From: Limnochordia bacterium
Lineage (GTDB): Bacteria > Bacillota > Limnochordia > DTU080
Length of the DNA: 64,000 bases
Direction: 5' to 3'
NCBI GenBank assembly: GCA_050951545.1
Contig: JBMNJG010000007.1
Location: 448,001 to 512,000, forward strand
Made by a program: the position numbers and the translations under genes. Shown piece by piece: positions 28,015 through 37,601 of the stretch; within the stretch, counting starts at the first letter, position 1; every line of letters begins with the position of its first letter. The notes beneath the pieces were generated by a model, which was not told where the DNA came from, ran no database searches, and saw nothing but the letters and a program-made list of their open reading frames with translations.

Positions 28015-29715
28015 TCATGCGGTATCCATAGCGCGGTCAACTGCCTGCGGTACCTGTGCCAACGGCACAATCTTGGTCTCGCCAGTACGTCTGGAGATCA
28101 GTTCGGCACCCCCGGCAGCCAGAGATCGTTCGCCAACGGTGATGCGCAGTGGCATGCCCAGCAGGTCGGCATCCATGAACTTCACACCAGCGCTCACATC
28201 GCGATCATCGAATAGTACTTCATCTCTGCCCAGGGTGCTGTAGAGCTCTTCGGCCGCTGCGCGCACAGCATCACTCTTCCCAATCACCACTAGATGGCAC
28301 TTGTAGGGCGCCACTGCAGCTGGCCACATAATGCCGCGTTCGTCATGGCGGTGTTCGATGATGCAGGCCAGCAGCCTCGTGAGGCCAATGCCGTAGCACC
28401 CCATCAGCAGAGGACGCGATGTACCGTTTTCGTCGGTAAAACAGGCGTTCATCGCTGTTGAGTACTTTGTACCCAGTTGGAAGATGTTGGCCGCTTCAAT
28501 GCCCCGGCGGGTTTCCAGCGGGCTACCGCATTCGACGCAGGGCTGGCCTGCCTGAGCTAGGGCGATGTCGCCAACCAGGTCAGCAGTGAAATCACGGCCG
28601 TAGCGCACACCGACCAAGTGGAAGTCGGGTCGGTTGGCTCCGCTGACGAGATCGCCGCAGTCGGGTACGGAATCATCGGCCACTATCAGTACGGGCGCGT
28701 TTGTGTGGAGTCCAACGGGACCCGCGAAGCCCACACAAAGGCCGACTCGCTCGGCTTCTTCAGCGGAGAGAGTCTGAGCCTCCGCTCCTAACAGCTGGCT
28801 CAGTTTCTGCGGGTTCACGTCTAGATCGCCACGGATGAGCGCCAAGACCACTTGTTTGCCCGCAGCGTAGAAGACTGACTTCAGCGTTTCCTGCGGAGTG
28901 CAGCCCAGGTAGTCACAGAGATCAGCGATCGTTTTGCAGCCCGGTGTATGACTAGTCTCAAGGTCGCGCTCCTTCGCATCGCGGCTGGCAGCCCCTTTTT
29001 TCGCTTTGGCCACCTCTTGGTTCGCTGCGTAGTGGCATGCAGGGCAGACGACTAGCGTGTCTTCGCCTCTTGGGGCGATGAACATGAACTCGTGCGCGAT
29101 GAGTCCACCCATCATTCCGGTATCGGACTGCACCACCAGCACCGGAAGAGACAGACGCTCGAATATTCGCTCGTAGGCGTGGAAGACGGTGTGGTAAACG
29201 TCCTCCAGGCTACGCTGCGAGGCGTGGAAGCTGTAGGCATCTTTCATGAGAAACTCCCGCAACCGGATCAGGCCAGCGCGGGGGCGTGCCTCATCGCGGA
29301 ACTTTGTCTGAATCTGATACACAAGGAGAGGGAGTTGTCGGTACGAGTCGACCATCGACCCGACCAGGTCGGTCACGACCTCTTCATGCGTCATAGCCAG
29401 AACCATGGGGTGGCCTGTGCGATCGGTGAATCGGGCCAAGGTGGCGTCGAGTTCGCTGTAGCGACCGCTGGTCTCCCAGAGTTCTGCAGGTTGCACTAGC
29501 GGCAGAAGGAGCTCCTGGGCGCCGATGGCCTCCATCTCCTGGCGCACAATGTCTTCGATATGGCGGAGCGCCCGGTGTGCAAGAGGTGTGAGGCTGTAGA
29601 TGCCAGCGGCAACTCGTCGGATGAGACCTGAGCGCAAGAGTAATCGGTGGCTCGGTAGCTCGGCCTCGATCGGTGTGTGTTTCTGGGTTTTGCACAGTAG
29701 CTGGCTCAGGCGCAT
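28015..29715 (-). CDS. proS: Prolyl-tRNA synthetase (bacterial type with INS editing domain)
   Basis: SHRLLLRSGLIR, THEE, YQIQTKFRDEARPRAGLIRLREFLMKDAYSF, MGCYGIG and DDRD..GVKF.DADLLG. Start ATG 29715, after GGGAGG. Confidence 0.97.
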   Translation of the reverse strand: MRLSQLLCKTQKHTPIEAELPSHRLLLRSGLIRRVAAGIYSLTPLAHRALRHIEDIVRQEMEAIGAQELLLPLVQPAELWETSGRYSELDATLARFTDRTGHPMVLAMTHEEVVTDLVGSMVDSYRQLPLLVYQIQTKFRDEARPRAGLIRLREFLMKDAYSFHASQRSLEDVYHTVFHAYERIFERLSLPVLVVQSDTGMMGGLIAHEFMFIAPRGEDTLVVCPACHYAANQEVAKAKKGAASRDAKERDLETSHTPGCKTIADLCDYLGCTPQETLKSVFYAAGKQVVLALIRGDLDVNPQKLSQLLGAEAQTLSAEEAERVGLCVGFAGPVGLHTNAPVLIVADDSVPDCGDLVSGANRPDFHLVGVRYGRDFTADLVGDIALAQAGQPCVECGSPLETRRGIEAANIFQLGTKYSTAMNACFTDENGTSRPLLMGCYGIGLTRLLACIIEHRHDERGIMWPAAVAPYKCHLVVIGKSDAVRAAAEELYSTLGRDEVLFDDRDVSAGVKFMDADLLGMPLRITVGERSLAAGGAELISRRTGETKIVPLAQVPQAVDRAMDTA

Positions 29716-29836
29716 GCTCGTCCTCCCTAGCGGACTTTGCCATAGGGTTCCATGGGAGGAGACGAAGTCCTGCGACAAGCGAAGACTCCACTAGTTGTGA
29801 TGGCGTCGTGAGCTTGCAGCAACCCGGCCTACACAC

Positions 29837-30913
29837 TTATCTCTCTGGCGTGCTTAGCTTCTGGTTGAGGTGACTGCAATAGGCGATAGGGTTGGTGTAG
29901 AGGGTACGAAACTCGTCATGCAGGCCAGCCTGAAGAAAGGTTATTCTCTGGTCTCGGGTGTTCACTTCAATCAACCACGGTTTCCCGTCAGTGTCAATGC
30001 CTACATCCAGGCCGAGGTCGGCGGCATAGTGATAGTGGCCCGCGACAGCTTGCGCAACGTCAAACGCCAGTCGGATGATTCTCTCTGGCAGAACAGCGGA
30101 GATTGAGGGCGCAAACGCGGCCTTGATGGCGTTCTCGCCGGGCATGGCATGGCCCCCTTGGGCGAGGTTGGTGAGGAAGGGGTGTCCGGTCGCCACTTTG
30201 GCTACCATACCCGCGACTACCCAGTTACCCTCGCCGTCTCGCTGCACTGGTACGCGCAGGTCGAAGGGTCTTCCCTCGTACTGAGCAAGGTTGATGCATT
30301 GCTGTAGCAGATAGCGGTGCGAGCTCATTCGAGTCCTGAGGTGCTTCCGCAGAGCGGGGCGGGAGAGCTCCCGCGTTGACTGGCCTGTCACGAGGACGCG
30401 CTGCTTTGACAGCGGCACGATTTTCAGAATGCCCTGACCAACCGACCCGATCTTGGGTTTCATGATCATGCTGTGTCCAGTATCTAGCTGCCTCCTAAGT
30501 TGGTACCAGCAGCTATCCCACGTTGGCGGGATGTGCCCGCTCGCCGATGCACTACCGGACAGAATCTGGTGCATCTTCTGCTTGCTCTGCATGCGGTGAG
30601 GGTTTACGAGTATAGTACCGCGGCGACGCAACGTGTCAAGAATCTGTAGCGGGGCGTTTGTCTGGTACAGCACCCGCTTATGAATGACTTTGGGAATTGG
30701 CGCGGCTTGTCTCTGCCAACCTTGCGAGGAGGGAACGTAGCCACGCAGGCTGTGACGGCGTACGCTGATGTCATTGATGGAAAACACGATGATATCAATG
30801 CCTTCTGCCAGGGCGATCTCTCTATACAGAGAAACTTGCTCGTGCGTTGGCCGATCCCGCAGAGCCCTGTGCAGCACAAGTCTATCGACCAGGATGCCAA
30901 TCCGATCTGACAC
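29837..30913 (-). CDS. YheC/YheD-family endospore coat-associated ATP-grasp protein
   Basis: IMKPKIGSVGQGI, YLLQQCINL..GRPFDLRVPVQRDGEG.W, TNLAQGG and LGLDVGIDTDGKPWLIEVN. Confidence 0.9.
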   Translation of the reverse strand: MSDRIGILVDRLVLHRALRDRPTHEQVSLYREIALAEGIDIIVFSINDISVRRHSLRGYVPSSQGWQRQAAPIPKVIHKRVLYQTNAPLQILDTLRRRGTILVNPHRMQSKQKMHQILSGSASASGHIPPTWDSCWYQLRRQLDTGHSMIMKPKIGSVGQGILKIVPLSKQRVLVTGQSTRELSRPALRKHLRTRMSSHRYLLQQCINLAQYEGRPFDLRVPVQRDGEGNWVVAGMVAKVATGHPFLTNLAQGGHAMPGENAIKAAFAPSISAVLPERIIRLAFDVAQAVAGHYHYAADLGLDVGIDTDGKPWLIEVNTRDQRITFLQAGLHDEFRTLYTNPIAYCSHLNQKLSTPER

Positions 30914-30958
30914 AGCATGTGCCCCTCTCTCTGGGTTCAGCGGTGGCGATGCCAGCCT

Positions 30959-31630
30959 CTAGACGCGGCTACGGCGCCTGGCTCTTCTGCGAACTCTGTA
31001 CCTCCACCACGCATGGCGTGATCGCCAGCCATAGGCATAGAGCACTCGCGTAGTAACTGGGCGTGGTGTTCTACGCAACCGAAGCGCACAACCCCGTGCA
31101 AAACGCACCTCGATGCCCCTCTGCCGAGCTACGGAGAGGAGGTATCTGATCGCGGGCCTTTGGCGCAGATACTCCCTGCGTTTGACGTCGATGCCCCATA
31201 GGCCAATGGTGTCGTAGCCTTCCGTGATGGCCAGAGCGATGAGGTAGGAGGCCGTGCTTGTAAAACATCGTCCAAACTCTTTTCGCAGTTTTCGCATGGG
31301 AAAGGGGACGCTATTGGGAATGCGCGGGTGTGTTCTCTGCATGTATACCGGACCGTTGAACTGGCGCATGAAACGCATATAGCCCTGAAAGGATCTACGT
31401 CCTGGCTTTTTCGTCGCCAGCTGCTGTCTCAGATCGGTGATAGCATGCAGCTCAAACCAGCGCGTGACTCTGGGGTAACGGTAGAGTCGACTGGAGAACC
31501 CCCAGATCTCCCATGATGGGTCGCGGTAGGGCGCTCGGCGGCGGGACGGACCACCGCCGACGATGGCTACCCTTTTGCGGGCAGCGGGTTTCGTAGAGCA
31601 GGTGCTGTCATCAGGCATGTCAATCCACAT
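30959..31630 (-). CDS. Hypothetical basic protein with sialyltransferase (GT42/GT29/Maf)-like motifs, paralog 1
   Basis: VAIVGGGPS..SWEIW..RWFELH..FTSTASYLIALAITEGYDTIGLWGID and an Arg-rich tail. The start may be ATG 31618. Confidence 0.75.
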   Translation of the reverse strand: MWIDMPDDSTCSTKPAARKRVAIVGGGPSRRRAPYRDPSWEIWGFSSRLYRYPRVTRWFELHAITDLRQQLATKKPGRRSFQGYMRFMRQFNGPVYMQRTHPRIPNSVPFPMRKLRKEFGRCFTSTASYLIALAITEGYDTIGLWGIDVKRREYLRQRPAIRYLLSVARQRGIEVRFARGCALRLRRTPRPVTTRVLYAYGWRSRHAWWRYRVRRRARRRSRV

Positions 31631-31649
31631 CCTTGGTCAAGGTGCTACC

Positions 31650-32291
31650 TTAGCGGCGTTTCCGGCGCCGCCGCCTCCTCCGCCACCAAGCCCTTGGAGA
31701 CTGCCAGTCATATCCGTAGAGCACGTCCGTGACTGTCAGAATGGGCGGTATCGGAATCCGTAGGGGACACCCTGGGGGGAGATAGACTTCAGTACCTTTT
31801 GTCCTCGCTACACCGAGCAGATACTCCACCCCAGGGCGTTGATGGGCGTAGACAGTCCGTTCCGTGAGGTGGATGCCCCAGACGCCTATGGTCTCGTATG
31901 CCTCCAAGATGGCCAGGGCGATCAGATAAGATGCGGTGCTGGTGAAGCACCTGCCAAGAGCGTCCAATGCCTCTTGCAGTGGGTACTCTACGCTCTTGGG
32001 GATGGTGCCGTGGGCGGTTTGCATGTAGATGGGGCAGTCGAGATTCTGCAGGAATCTCAAGTAGCTGCGATACGACAGCCTGCGCTTGGTGTTTCGCTGC
32101 AGCTGTCCCTGTAGATCCTCGAGCGCATGCATTTCAAACCAGCGGGTGATTCTGGGCGTGGGTAGGCGCAGGCTTGAGAAGGCCCATATTTCCCAGGAAT
32201 GGTCTTCATAGGGGGCTTGGGTACGTGACCGTGCGCCGCCGACGATCGCTACCTTCCTAGGGGGATGGGGTGGTTGTGCATCGTAGCCCAT
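31650..32291 (-). CDS. Hypothetical basic protein with sialyltransferase-like motifs, paralog 2
   Basis: VAIVGGARS..SWEIW..RWFEMH..FTSTASYLIALAILEAYETIGVWGIH; ends WWRRRRRRRKRR; GGAGG RBS. Confidence 0.78.
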   Translation of the reverse strand: MGYDAQPPHPPRKVAIVGGARSRTQAPYEDHSWEIWAFSSLRLPTPRITRWFEMHALEDLQGQLQRNTKRRLSYRSYLRFLQNLDCPIYMQTAHGTIPKSVEYPLQEALDALGRCFTSTASYLIALAILEAYETIGVWGIHLTERTVYAHQRPGVEYLLGVARTKGTEVYLPPGCPLRIPIPPILTVTDVLYGYDWQSPRAWWRRRRRRRKRR

Positions 32292-32373
32292 GGATCGATC
32301 CTCCGCTGACAGTTCATTTCCATAGCACTGCCGTCATGCGCCCGTTCGCTTCTTCGGGACTCTGGGGCTATAT

Positions 32374-32402
32374 CATGGTATGCCGTACGAGGCGGTTCGT
32401 GC
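32374..32402 (-). promoter_or_regulatory. Sigma-K-like (late mother-cell sporulation) promoter
   Basis: Minus strand GCAC-N16-CATACCATG resembles the Bacillus sigK consensus AC-N16/17-CATANNNT, upstream of the two GT-like genes and yheC/D. Confidence 0.45.
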
Positions 32403-32544
32403 CAGACATACCGCTGGGTCTCAAGTCGGCGGAATAGCTCCGCATTCCTATTCCTCCCCCTAGATGACCCGCGTAGGATGAACCCGGGTCTCTAGCCAGC
32501 AGTAAATGAATGGCATTCGGCGAGTAGGGGGAGGGGTCGGACCT

Positions 32545-33693
32545 TTGAGTGCTCTTGCGGTGATCCCGGCCCGCGGCGGATCGAAAGGACTGCCACGGAA
32601 GAACGTCCGCCTCCTCTGCGGCAAGCCTCTGATCGCCTGGACGATAGAGGCAGCGATGCAGGCGGAGACGGTAAGGCAAATCGTTGTGTCTACTGATGAT
32701 GCAGAGATAGCCGGGGTGAGTCAACGTCACGGGGCGGAGGTTGTCTGGCGTCCGAAAGAGATAAGTGGTGACACATCGCCTTCAGAGGCAGCCCTGCTGC
32801 ATGCGCTTGATCAACTGCAGGTCAGTGAGGGGACCCTCGTGTTCTTGCAGTGTACCTCTCCGCTTATGCTGCCTGAGGATATCGACGCCACGGTAGCCGC
32901 TCTTCAGCACGCTGACGCTGCTTTCACAGCGACCCCTTGGCATCGGTTTGTGTGGAAAGAGACAGTGGAAGGGGCGCTCCCCCTGGGGCACAGCAAGGGG
33001 CATAGGCCCATGCGTCAACAAAGAGAGCCCGAGTTTCTGGAAGTCGGGGCTGTCTACGCGATGAAGGTCGAAGGCTTCGTCCAGGCGCGTCACCGGTTCT
33101 TTGGGCGCGTCGCGATGCACCTCGTACCACCTGAAAGAAGCATTGAGATCGATGACGAGACAGATTTTCTGCTCACTGAGGCATTGATGCGGCAACGCTT
33201 GGATCGGGATAAAACGGCACGTCTGCCCAAGAGGGTAGCTGGCCTGGTGATGGATTTTGATGGTGTGTTGACCGATAACCGCGTGAGCGTTGACGAGGAT
33301 GGGCGGGAGGCTGTGGTTCGTCACCGTGGGGACGGATGGGCCATGCAGCGACTCAAGGAGGCAGGGATTAGCCTTCTGGTGCTGACCAACGAGGCTAACC
33401 CTAGTGCAAGGCGTAGCTGTGCCAAGTTGGCGGTGGAGTGTATCGTGGCTCATGGTGATAAGCTGCCAGCGCTGAAGCAATGGCTGGCACAGCACGGCAT
33501 CACCTCTGAATGCACGATTTACGTTGGCAATGATGACCCTGATATCCCGTGCATGCTCCATGCTGCGTGTGGCGTAGCGCCTGCGGACGCCTATCCCAAG
33601 GCGAAGAACGCAGCGCAAATCGTCCTCGCCGCGCCTGGTGGGCATGGATGCATCCGCGAGTTGGCAGGTCTTCTGTTGGGCAGCTGTCTGTAA
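32545..33693 (+). CDS. neuA: CMP-nonulosonate (acylneuraminate) cytidylyltransferase fused to a KdsC/YrbI-type HAD phosphatase
   Basis: VIPARGGSKGLPRKN, LQCTSP and SIEIDD; C-domain MDFDGVLTD..YVGND.PD..GGHGCIRE. Start placed at TTG 32545. Confidence 0.93.
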   Translation: MSALAVIPARGGSKGLPRKNVRLLCGKPLIAWTIEAAMQAETVRQIVVSTDDAEIAGVSQRHGAEVVWRPKEISGDTSPSEAALLHALDQLQVSEGTLVFLQCTSPLMLPEDIDATVAALQHADAAFTATPWHRFVWKETVEGALPLGHSKGHRPMRQQREPEFLEVGAVYAMKVEGFVQARHRFFGRVAMHLVPPERSIEIDDETDFLLTEALMRQRLDRDKTARLPKRVAGLVMDFDGVLTDNRVSVDEDGREAVVRHRGDGWAMQRLKEAGISLLVLTNEANPSARRSCAKLAVECIVAHGDKLPALKQWLAQHGITSECTIYVGNDDPDIPCMLHAACGVAPADAYPKAKNAAQIVLAAPGGHGCIRELAGLLLGSCL

Positions 33694-33739
33694 AGGCGGA
33701 CGGCTATGTGTCGACTCCTCACCGACTAGGAGGGATACC

Positions 33740-34609
33740 GTGAACGCCCCATTCATAGTAGCTGAAATTGGGTGCAATCACCGAGGGGAGCTAGCTACGG
33801 CTGAAGAGATGGTTCGAGTGGCAGCCGATCTCTGTGGCGTGGATGTCGTGAAGTTCCAGAAACGGAACCCGCGCGAGTCTCTGACTCCCGAGCAGTATGT
33901 GGCGCCTCATCCAGTACCACGAAACGCATATGGGGCAACCTATGGAGAGCATAGGGAAGTACTGGAGTTGGGGATCGATGGGCATGGTCGTCTGAAAGCG
34001 CTCTGCGAAGAGGTAGGGGTCACCTACAGTTCGAGCGTCTGGGACATGACCAGCGCTCGGCAGATTGCAGCCCTGGACCCGGCTATGATCAAAATACCCT
34101 CAGCATGTAATACGCATTTCGCGATGCTGAGCTATCTCTGTGATGAGTTTGGTGGCGGTATCCACATCTCCTTAGGTATGACGACGAGGCAAGAGGAGGA
34201 GCGCATTGCCAAGTTCCTGCAAGGGCGCTCGCGTATGCAAGATGTGGTGCTGTATCATTGCGTCTCTGGGTATCCTGTGGCCTTTGAGGATCTGTCCCTA
34301 CTGGAGATCCAGCGGCTGCGTACCGAATATGGCTCACAGGTGAAGGGGATCGGTTTCTCCGGTCACCATCTGGGCATTGCTGCTGACATCGCCGCCATGA
34401 CCCTTGGGGCGCAGTGGATTGAGCGGCATTTCACGTTGGATCGGACATGGAAGGGCACGGACCATGCCGCGTCGCTCGAGCCCGATGGCCTTCGCCGGTT
34501 GGTGCGTGACACTCGCAATGTGTCGAAGGCGCTGCAGCACAAGGCCACAGCGCTACTGGAAATCGAAGTCCCACAACGCCAGAAGCTGAAGCGGGTGACT
34601 ACGGGATAA
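33740..34609 (+). CDS. neuB: N-acetylneuraminate/nonulosonate synthase (NeuB/SpsE family), short form without the C-terminal SAF domain
   Basis: IVAEIGCNHRG, VKFQKR, IKIPS, HCVSGYP, GFSGH and IERHFTLDRTWKGTDHAASLEP. 289 aa from GTG 33740. Confidence 0.93.
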   Translation: MNAPFIVAEIGCNHRGELATAEEMVRVAADLCGVDVVKFQKRNPRESLTPEQYVAPHPVPRNAYGATYGEHREVLELGIDGHGRLKALCEEVGVTYSSSVWDMTSARQIAALDPAMIKIPSACNTHFAMLSYLCDEFGGGIHISLGMTTRQEEERIAKFLQGRSRMQDVVLYHCVSGYPVAFEDLSLLEIQRLRTEYGSQVKGIGFSGHHLGIAADIAAMTLGAQWIERHFTLDRTWKGTDHAASLEPDGLRRLVRDTRNVSKALQHKATALLEIEVPQRQKLKRVTTG

Positions 34610-34722
34610 GGGGGAGGCTGTGGCGCCAGTGGTCCTCGGTGCATCTGCCAGAGCTGACCGCGAACGGCGGTGGCAAGGAGTCGCCACAGGACCTCCGAAG
34701 GCTTGATTAGCAGAGTGTATTA

Positions 34723-34827
34723 TTGCACAGGTTTGAAAACGAGCATAGTTTATATGCGCTGAAACGTCTGAAAACAAAGGAGTAAGTGGCCATCCAGAGA
34801 AGGCAATATCGGGCGATATCGTTTTCA
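34723..34827 (+). promoter_or_regulatory. Sigma-A-like promoter with LacI/CcpA-type operator-like sites
   Basis: TTGCAC-N17-TAGTTT (34723-34751); TTGAAAACG within the spacer; CGATATCGTTTTCA at 34814-34827. Confidence 0.45.
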
Positions 34828-34876
34828 AGTGCCGAGTAGGCATTGGCGAGATGATCACCATAGGGGGGTGGCTCGG

Positions 34877-36193
34877 ATGTGGTTGTTGAGTAGAACTGGA
34901 ACTGGCCAAGGCAGGTTTGTACAGAGGTTTTCGGCGCAGGTAGTGTCTGCGGTAGCGTTGGCGGTCATCGTAAGCGTAGGACTAAGCGCAGCCCCAACAA
35001 CGATTCAACTGGCGACATATGGCATGGGTGGGCTACAGGCTGAGGACTGGCAGAATATGCTTCTACCTTTTATGGAGGCGAATCCAGATATACAGGTAGA
35101 GGTCCAGATCTACGGGTTCGGCGAGTACAACGAGAAGCTTATGACGCAGATCGCGGCTGGGGTAGCACCAGACCTGATGCAGACCTGGGCACAGTATAAG
35201 CCTAAGTTCGTTGAGATGGGCCTACTGCGCGACATTACGCCAGAATGGGAAAAAAGCAGCGTGGCCAAGAAAGCACGACTGTACCCGTTCGTTCTCGAGG
35301 CTCCTAAAAGCGGGGGCCGCCTGTACGGTGTGCCGTTTGACTTCAACTCTATGCTTTGGTTTGCCAATGTCGATTACCTGTCTGAGAGAGGGGTGGTCCC
35401 TCCTGGAAACGATTGGACGGTGGAGGATCTTCGTGTCTTGGCTCGCAAACTGACAGACCCCGTGCAGCGGGTGTACGGAAGCCATAATGAGGTGTCCAGG
35501 GGCGGGACGCACAGTCTCCAGTGGACTCAGTTGTGGACGGGCCATGATTGGGTCAGCGATGACCGGAAGAGAGCACTGGTGGATAGCCCGGAGAACCTGG
35601 ACATGCTGACATTCTGGAGCGAGCTGCAGAATGACCTGAATGTCACACCCGGCTGGCCCGGTGCTTGGGCGGCGAAGGGCGACTTCTATCAAGGTGGCTA
35701 CGCCATGCAGGTAGGATGGTTATCTTATGCCGCGGCGTTTGCGGACAAGCTCACCTTCGATTGGGTCTATGCCCCTATGCCCAAGACATCAGCGAGTCAA
35801 CTGGCCTTTGCTCAGGGTCACATGTTCTCGATCCCGGTGGGCTCGAAAAGCCCTGCCGAGGCCTGGCGTCTGGCAGAGTGGCTGATCAGCTATGAGGGCC
35901 AGAAGGTGATCGTGCGTGAACTCAAATGCCATCCCATGGGCCCCTACGCTGACCTGTGGAACGAATTCTATCAGATACTGGCGCCCGATAAGCGAAACTA
36001 CGCAAGGGAGTTTGTCATGAACGTCTTCTACGGCGGCAACATGATTCGCACGATGGATTACTGGACCTCTTACCCTGAGGTGAACACTATCATGACCGAG
36101 CACGTCGGCAATATCTTCACTCGCCAGGCACCTATTGGTAATGAAATGCGCAACGCGGCGGTCAAGATACAAGCACTGTTGGATGGTAAGTGA
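34877..36193 (+). CDS. Sugar ABC transporter solute-binding protein
   Basis: Signal peptide ending GLSA; FMEANPDIQVEV..IAAGVAPDL..GRLYGVP..EAWRLAEWL. Confidence 0.92.
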   Translation: MWLLSRTGTGQGRFVQRFSAQVVSAVALAVIVSVGLSAAPTTIQLATYGMGGLQAEDWQNMLLPFMEANPDIQVEVQIYGFGEYNEKLMTQIAAGVAPDLMQTWAQYKPKFVEMGLLRDITPEWEKSSVAKKARLYPFVLEAPKSGGRLYGVPFDFNSMLWFANVDYLSERGVVPPGNDWTVEDLRVLARKLTDPVQRVYGSHNEVSRGGTHSLQWTQLWTGHDWVSDDRKRALVDSPENLDMLTFWSELQNDLNVTPGWPGAWAAKGDFYQGGYAMQVGWLSYAAAFADKLTFDWVYAPMPKTSASQLAFAQGHMFSIPVGSKSPAEAWRLAEWLISYEGQKVIVRELKCHPMGPYADLWNEFYQILAPDKRNYAREFVMNVFYGGNMIRTMDYWTSYPEVNTIMTEHVGNIFTRQAPIGNEMRNAAVKIQALLDGK

Positions 36194-37521
36194 GGATGCA
36201 CAGAATGCGGCTAACGAGACCAACGAAAGGAAGGTGTTGCTCAGTGTGGTTGGTGCGGAGAGTCGTCTCTGGTCGCCGAGTCGCTGTATGGTTGTGTATA
36301 AGTGTGGCCATTGTCTTGTCCACTGTGGTCACGCAGGCGGCAAAGACCCAGCTTATCGTGTGGGACTGGTGGGACATAGCTAACCCGTCAATCAAGGCCT
36401 TTTACGACTGGGCCAAGGGTACGTTTGAGGCCTCCAATCCTGACATTGCACTTGAGTACCAATTCATAGCTGAGAGTCAGTACTACACAAAGATCATAGC
36501 CTCGACAGCCGCGGGTGTGGGCCCGGATGTGGTGCAGCTTTCTATCACTCGGGCGCGGGATTTCTATAACGAAGGGTTGCTTTTGGACCTAAGCAGCTTT
36601 GTGGCCAAAACGCCGTCCATGTCTCCTAGTCAGTTCATACCCCCCACCCAGATTTATAATCAAAAGGACGGAAAGATCTATGGCATCACTTTTGTGATGG
36701 ACGCCTCTGCTCTCCTGTACAACCGACAGCACTTTCGCGAGACGGGACTGGATGACTCCCCGGAGGGGATTGCTTCGTGGGACGCTTTTGCTCAGGCGGC
36801 GAAGAAGCTGTCTCGGCGAGAGGGCGGGGTGACAAGTCGTTTCGCATATACTTTTTATGGGAACCCGATTGAGGAGTTCTGCACATGGATGCGTACCAAC
36901 GGCGGGTCTTTCTACAATGCAGACTTCACCCGGACTGGTTTCAATACCAACGCGGGAATTGAGACCTTGCGGTTCCTGCAGGGCCTCTCTCTTGATCAGC
37001 TGACCGGAGGAAGCTTCAACGCCGAGACGGCTTCTATGCGCTACTGGGGCACTTGGGCTGGCTCGTACATCCGTAGTGCCAATGCCTCACTCGATTTCGG
37101 CATGATCACCTTCCCAAAGGGGCCTTCGGGCAATCAACGAGGAAGCACGACGTGGGGCAACATGATGACTGTGCTGAAGTCGACGCAAGAGGCCGAGGCT
37201 GCTTGGCGATACATTTCGTTCATCTGTGGCTTGGAGGCTGATATTCAGCTGCTGAAGCTGATGGATCGGCCCACCTCTCCACGTTTGGAGTTCTACAGAA
37301 CGGCGGCGTGGAGAGAGGCAGTGCGCGCCAACCCCTGGATGGAGCAACTGCCAGCTATCGTCAACTCTGGTGGCGCCTATCCTTTTATCCGATTTGCTGA
37401 CGTCAATGCGGGGATGGGACCGCTGATCCGTAGCGTCATCCAGACGACCACAATGTCGCCAGAGGAGGCCTTACTGCGTTCTGAAGAGCTCGTCAACCGT
37501 TTGCTCGCCGAGACAGAGTAA
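36190..37521 (+). CDS. Sugar ABC transporter solute-binding protein
   Basis: FEASNPDIALEY..AAGVGPDV..DGKIYGI..LLYNRQHF..EAAWRYISF. Exact start uncertain. Confidence 0.92.
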   Translation: MRMHRMRLTRPTKGRCCSVWLVRRVVSGRRVAVWLCISVAIVLSTVVTQAAKTQLIVWDWWDIANPSIKAFYDWAKGTFEASNPDIALEYQFIAESQYYTKIIASTAAGVGPDVVQLSITRARDFYNEGLLLDLSSFVAKTPSMSPSQFIPPTQIYNQKDGKIYGITFVMDASALLYNRQHFRETGLDDSPEGIASWDAFAQAAKKLSRREGGVTSRFAYTFYGNPIEEFCTWMRTNGGSFYNADFTRTGFNTNAGIETLRFLQGLSLDQLTGGSFNAETASMRYWGTWAGSYIRSANASLDFGMITFPKGPSGNQRGSTTWGNMMTVLKSTQEAEAAWRYISFICGLEADIQLLKLMDRPTSPRLEFYRTAAWREAVRANPWMEQLPAIVNSGGAYPFIRFADVNAGMGPLIRSVIQTTTMSPEEALLRSEELVNRLLAETE

Positions 37522-37565
37522 CGCAGGGCAAGGGGTCTCGTACTGCCTTCGCACATTTCAGAGTG

Positions 37566-37601
37566 GAATGGCCGACCGATGCATTCATCAGACGGCCATT
37601 C
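37566..37601 (+). terminator. Hairpin after the SBP pair
   Basis: GAATGGCCG..CGGCCATTC followed by TTCCT. Confidence 0.5.
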
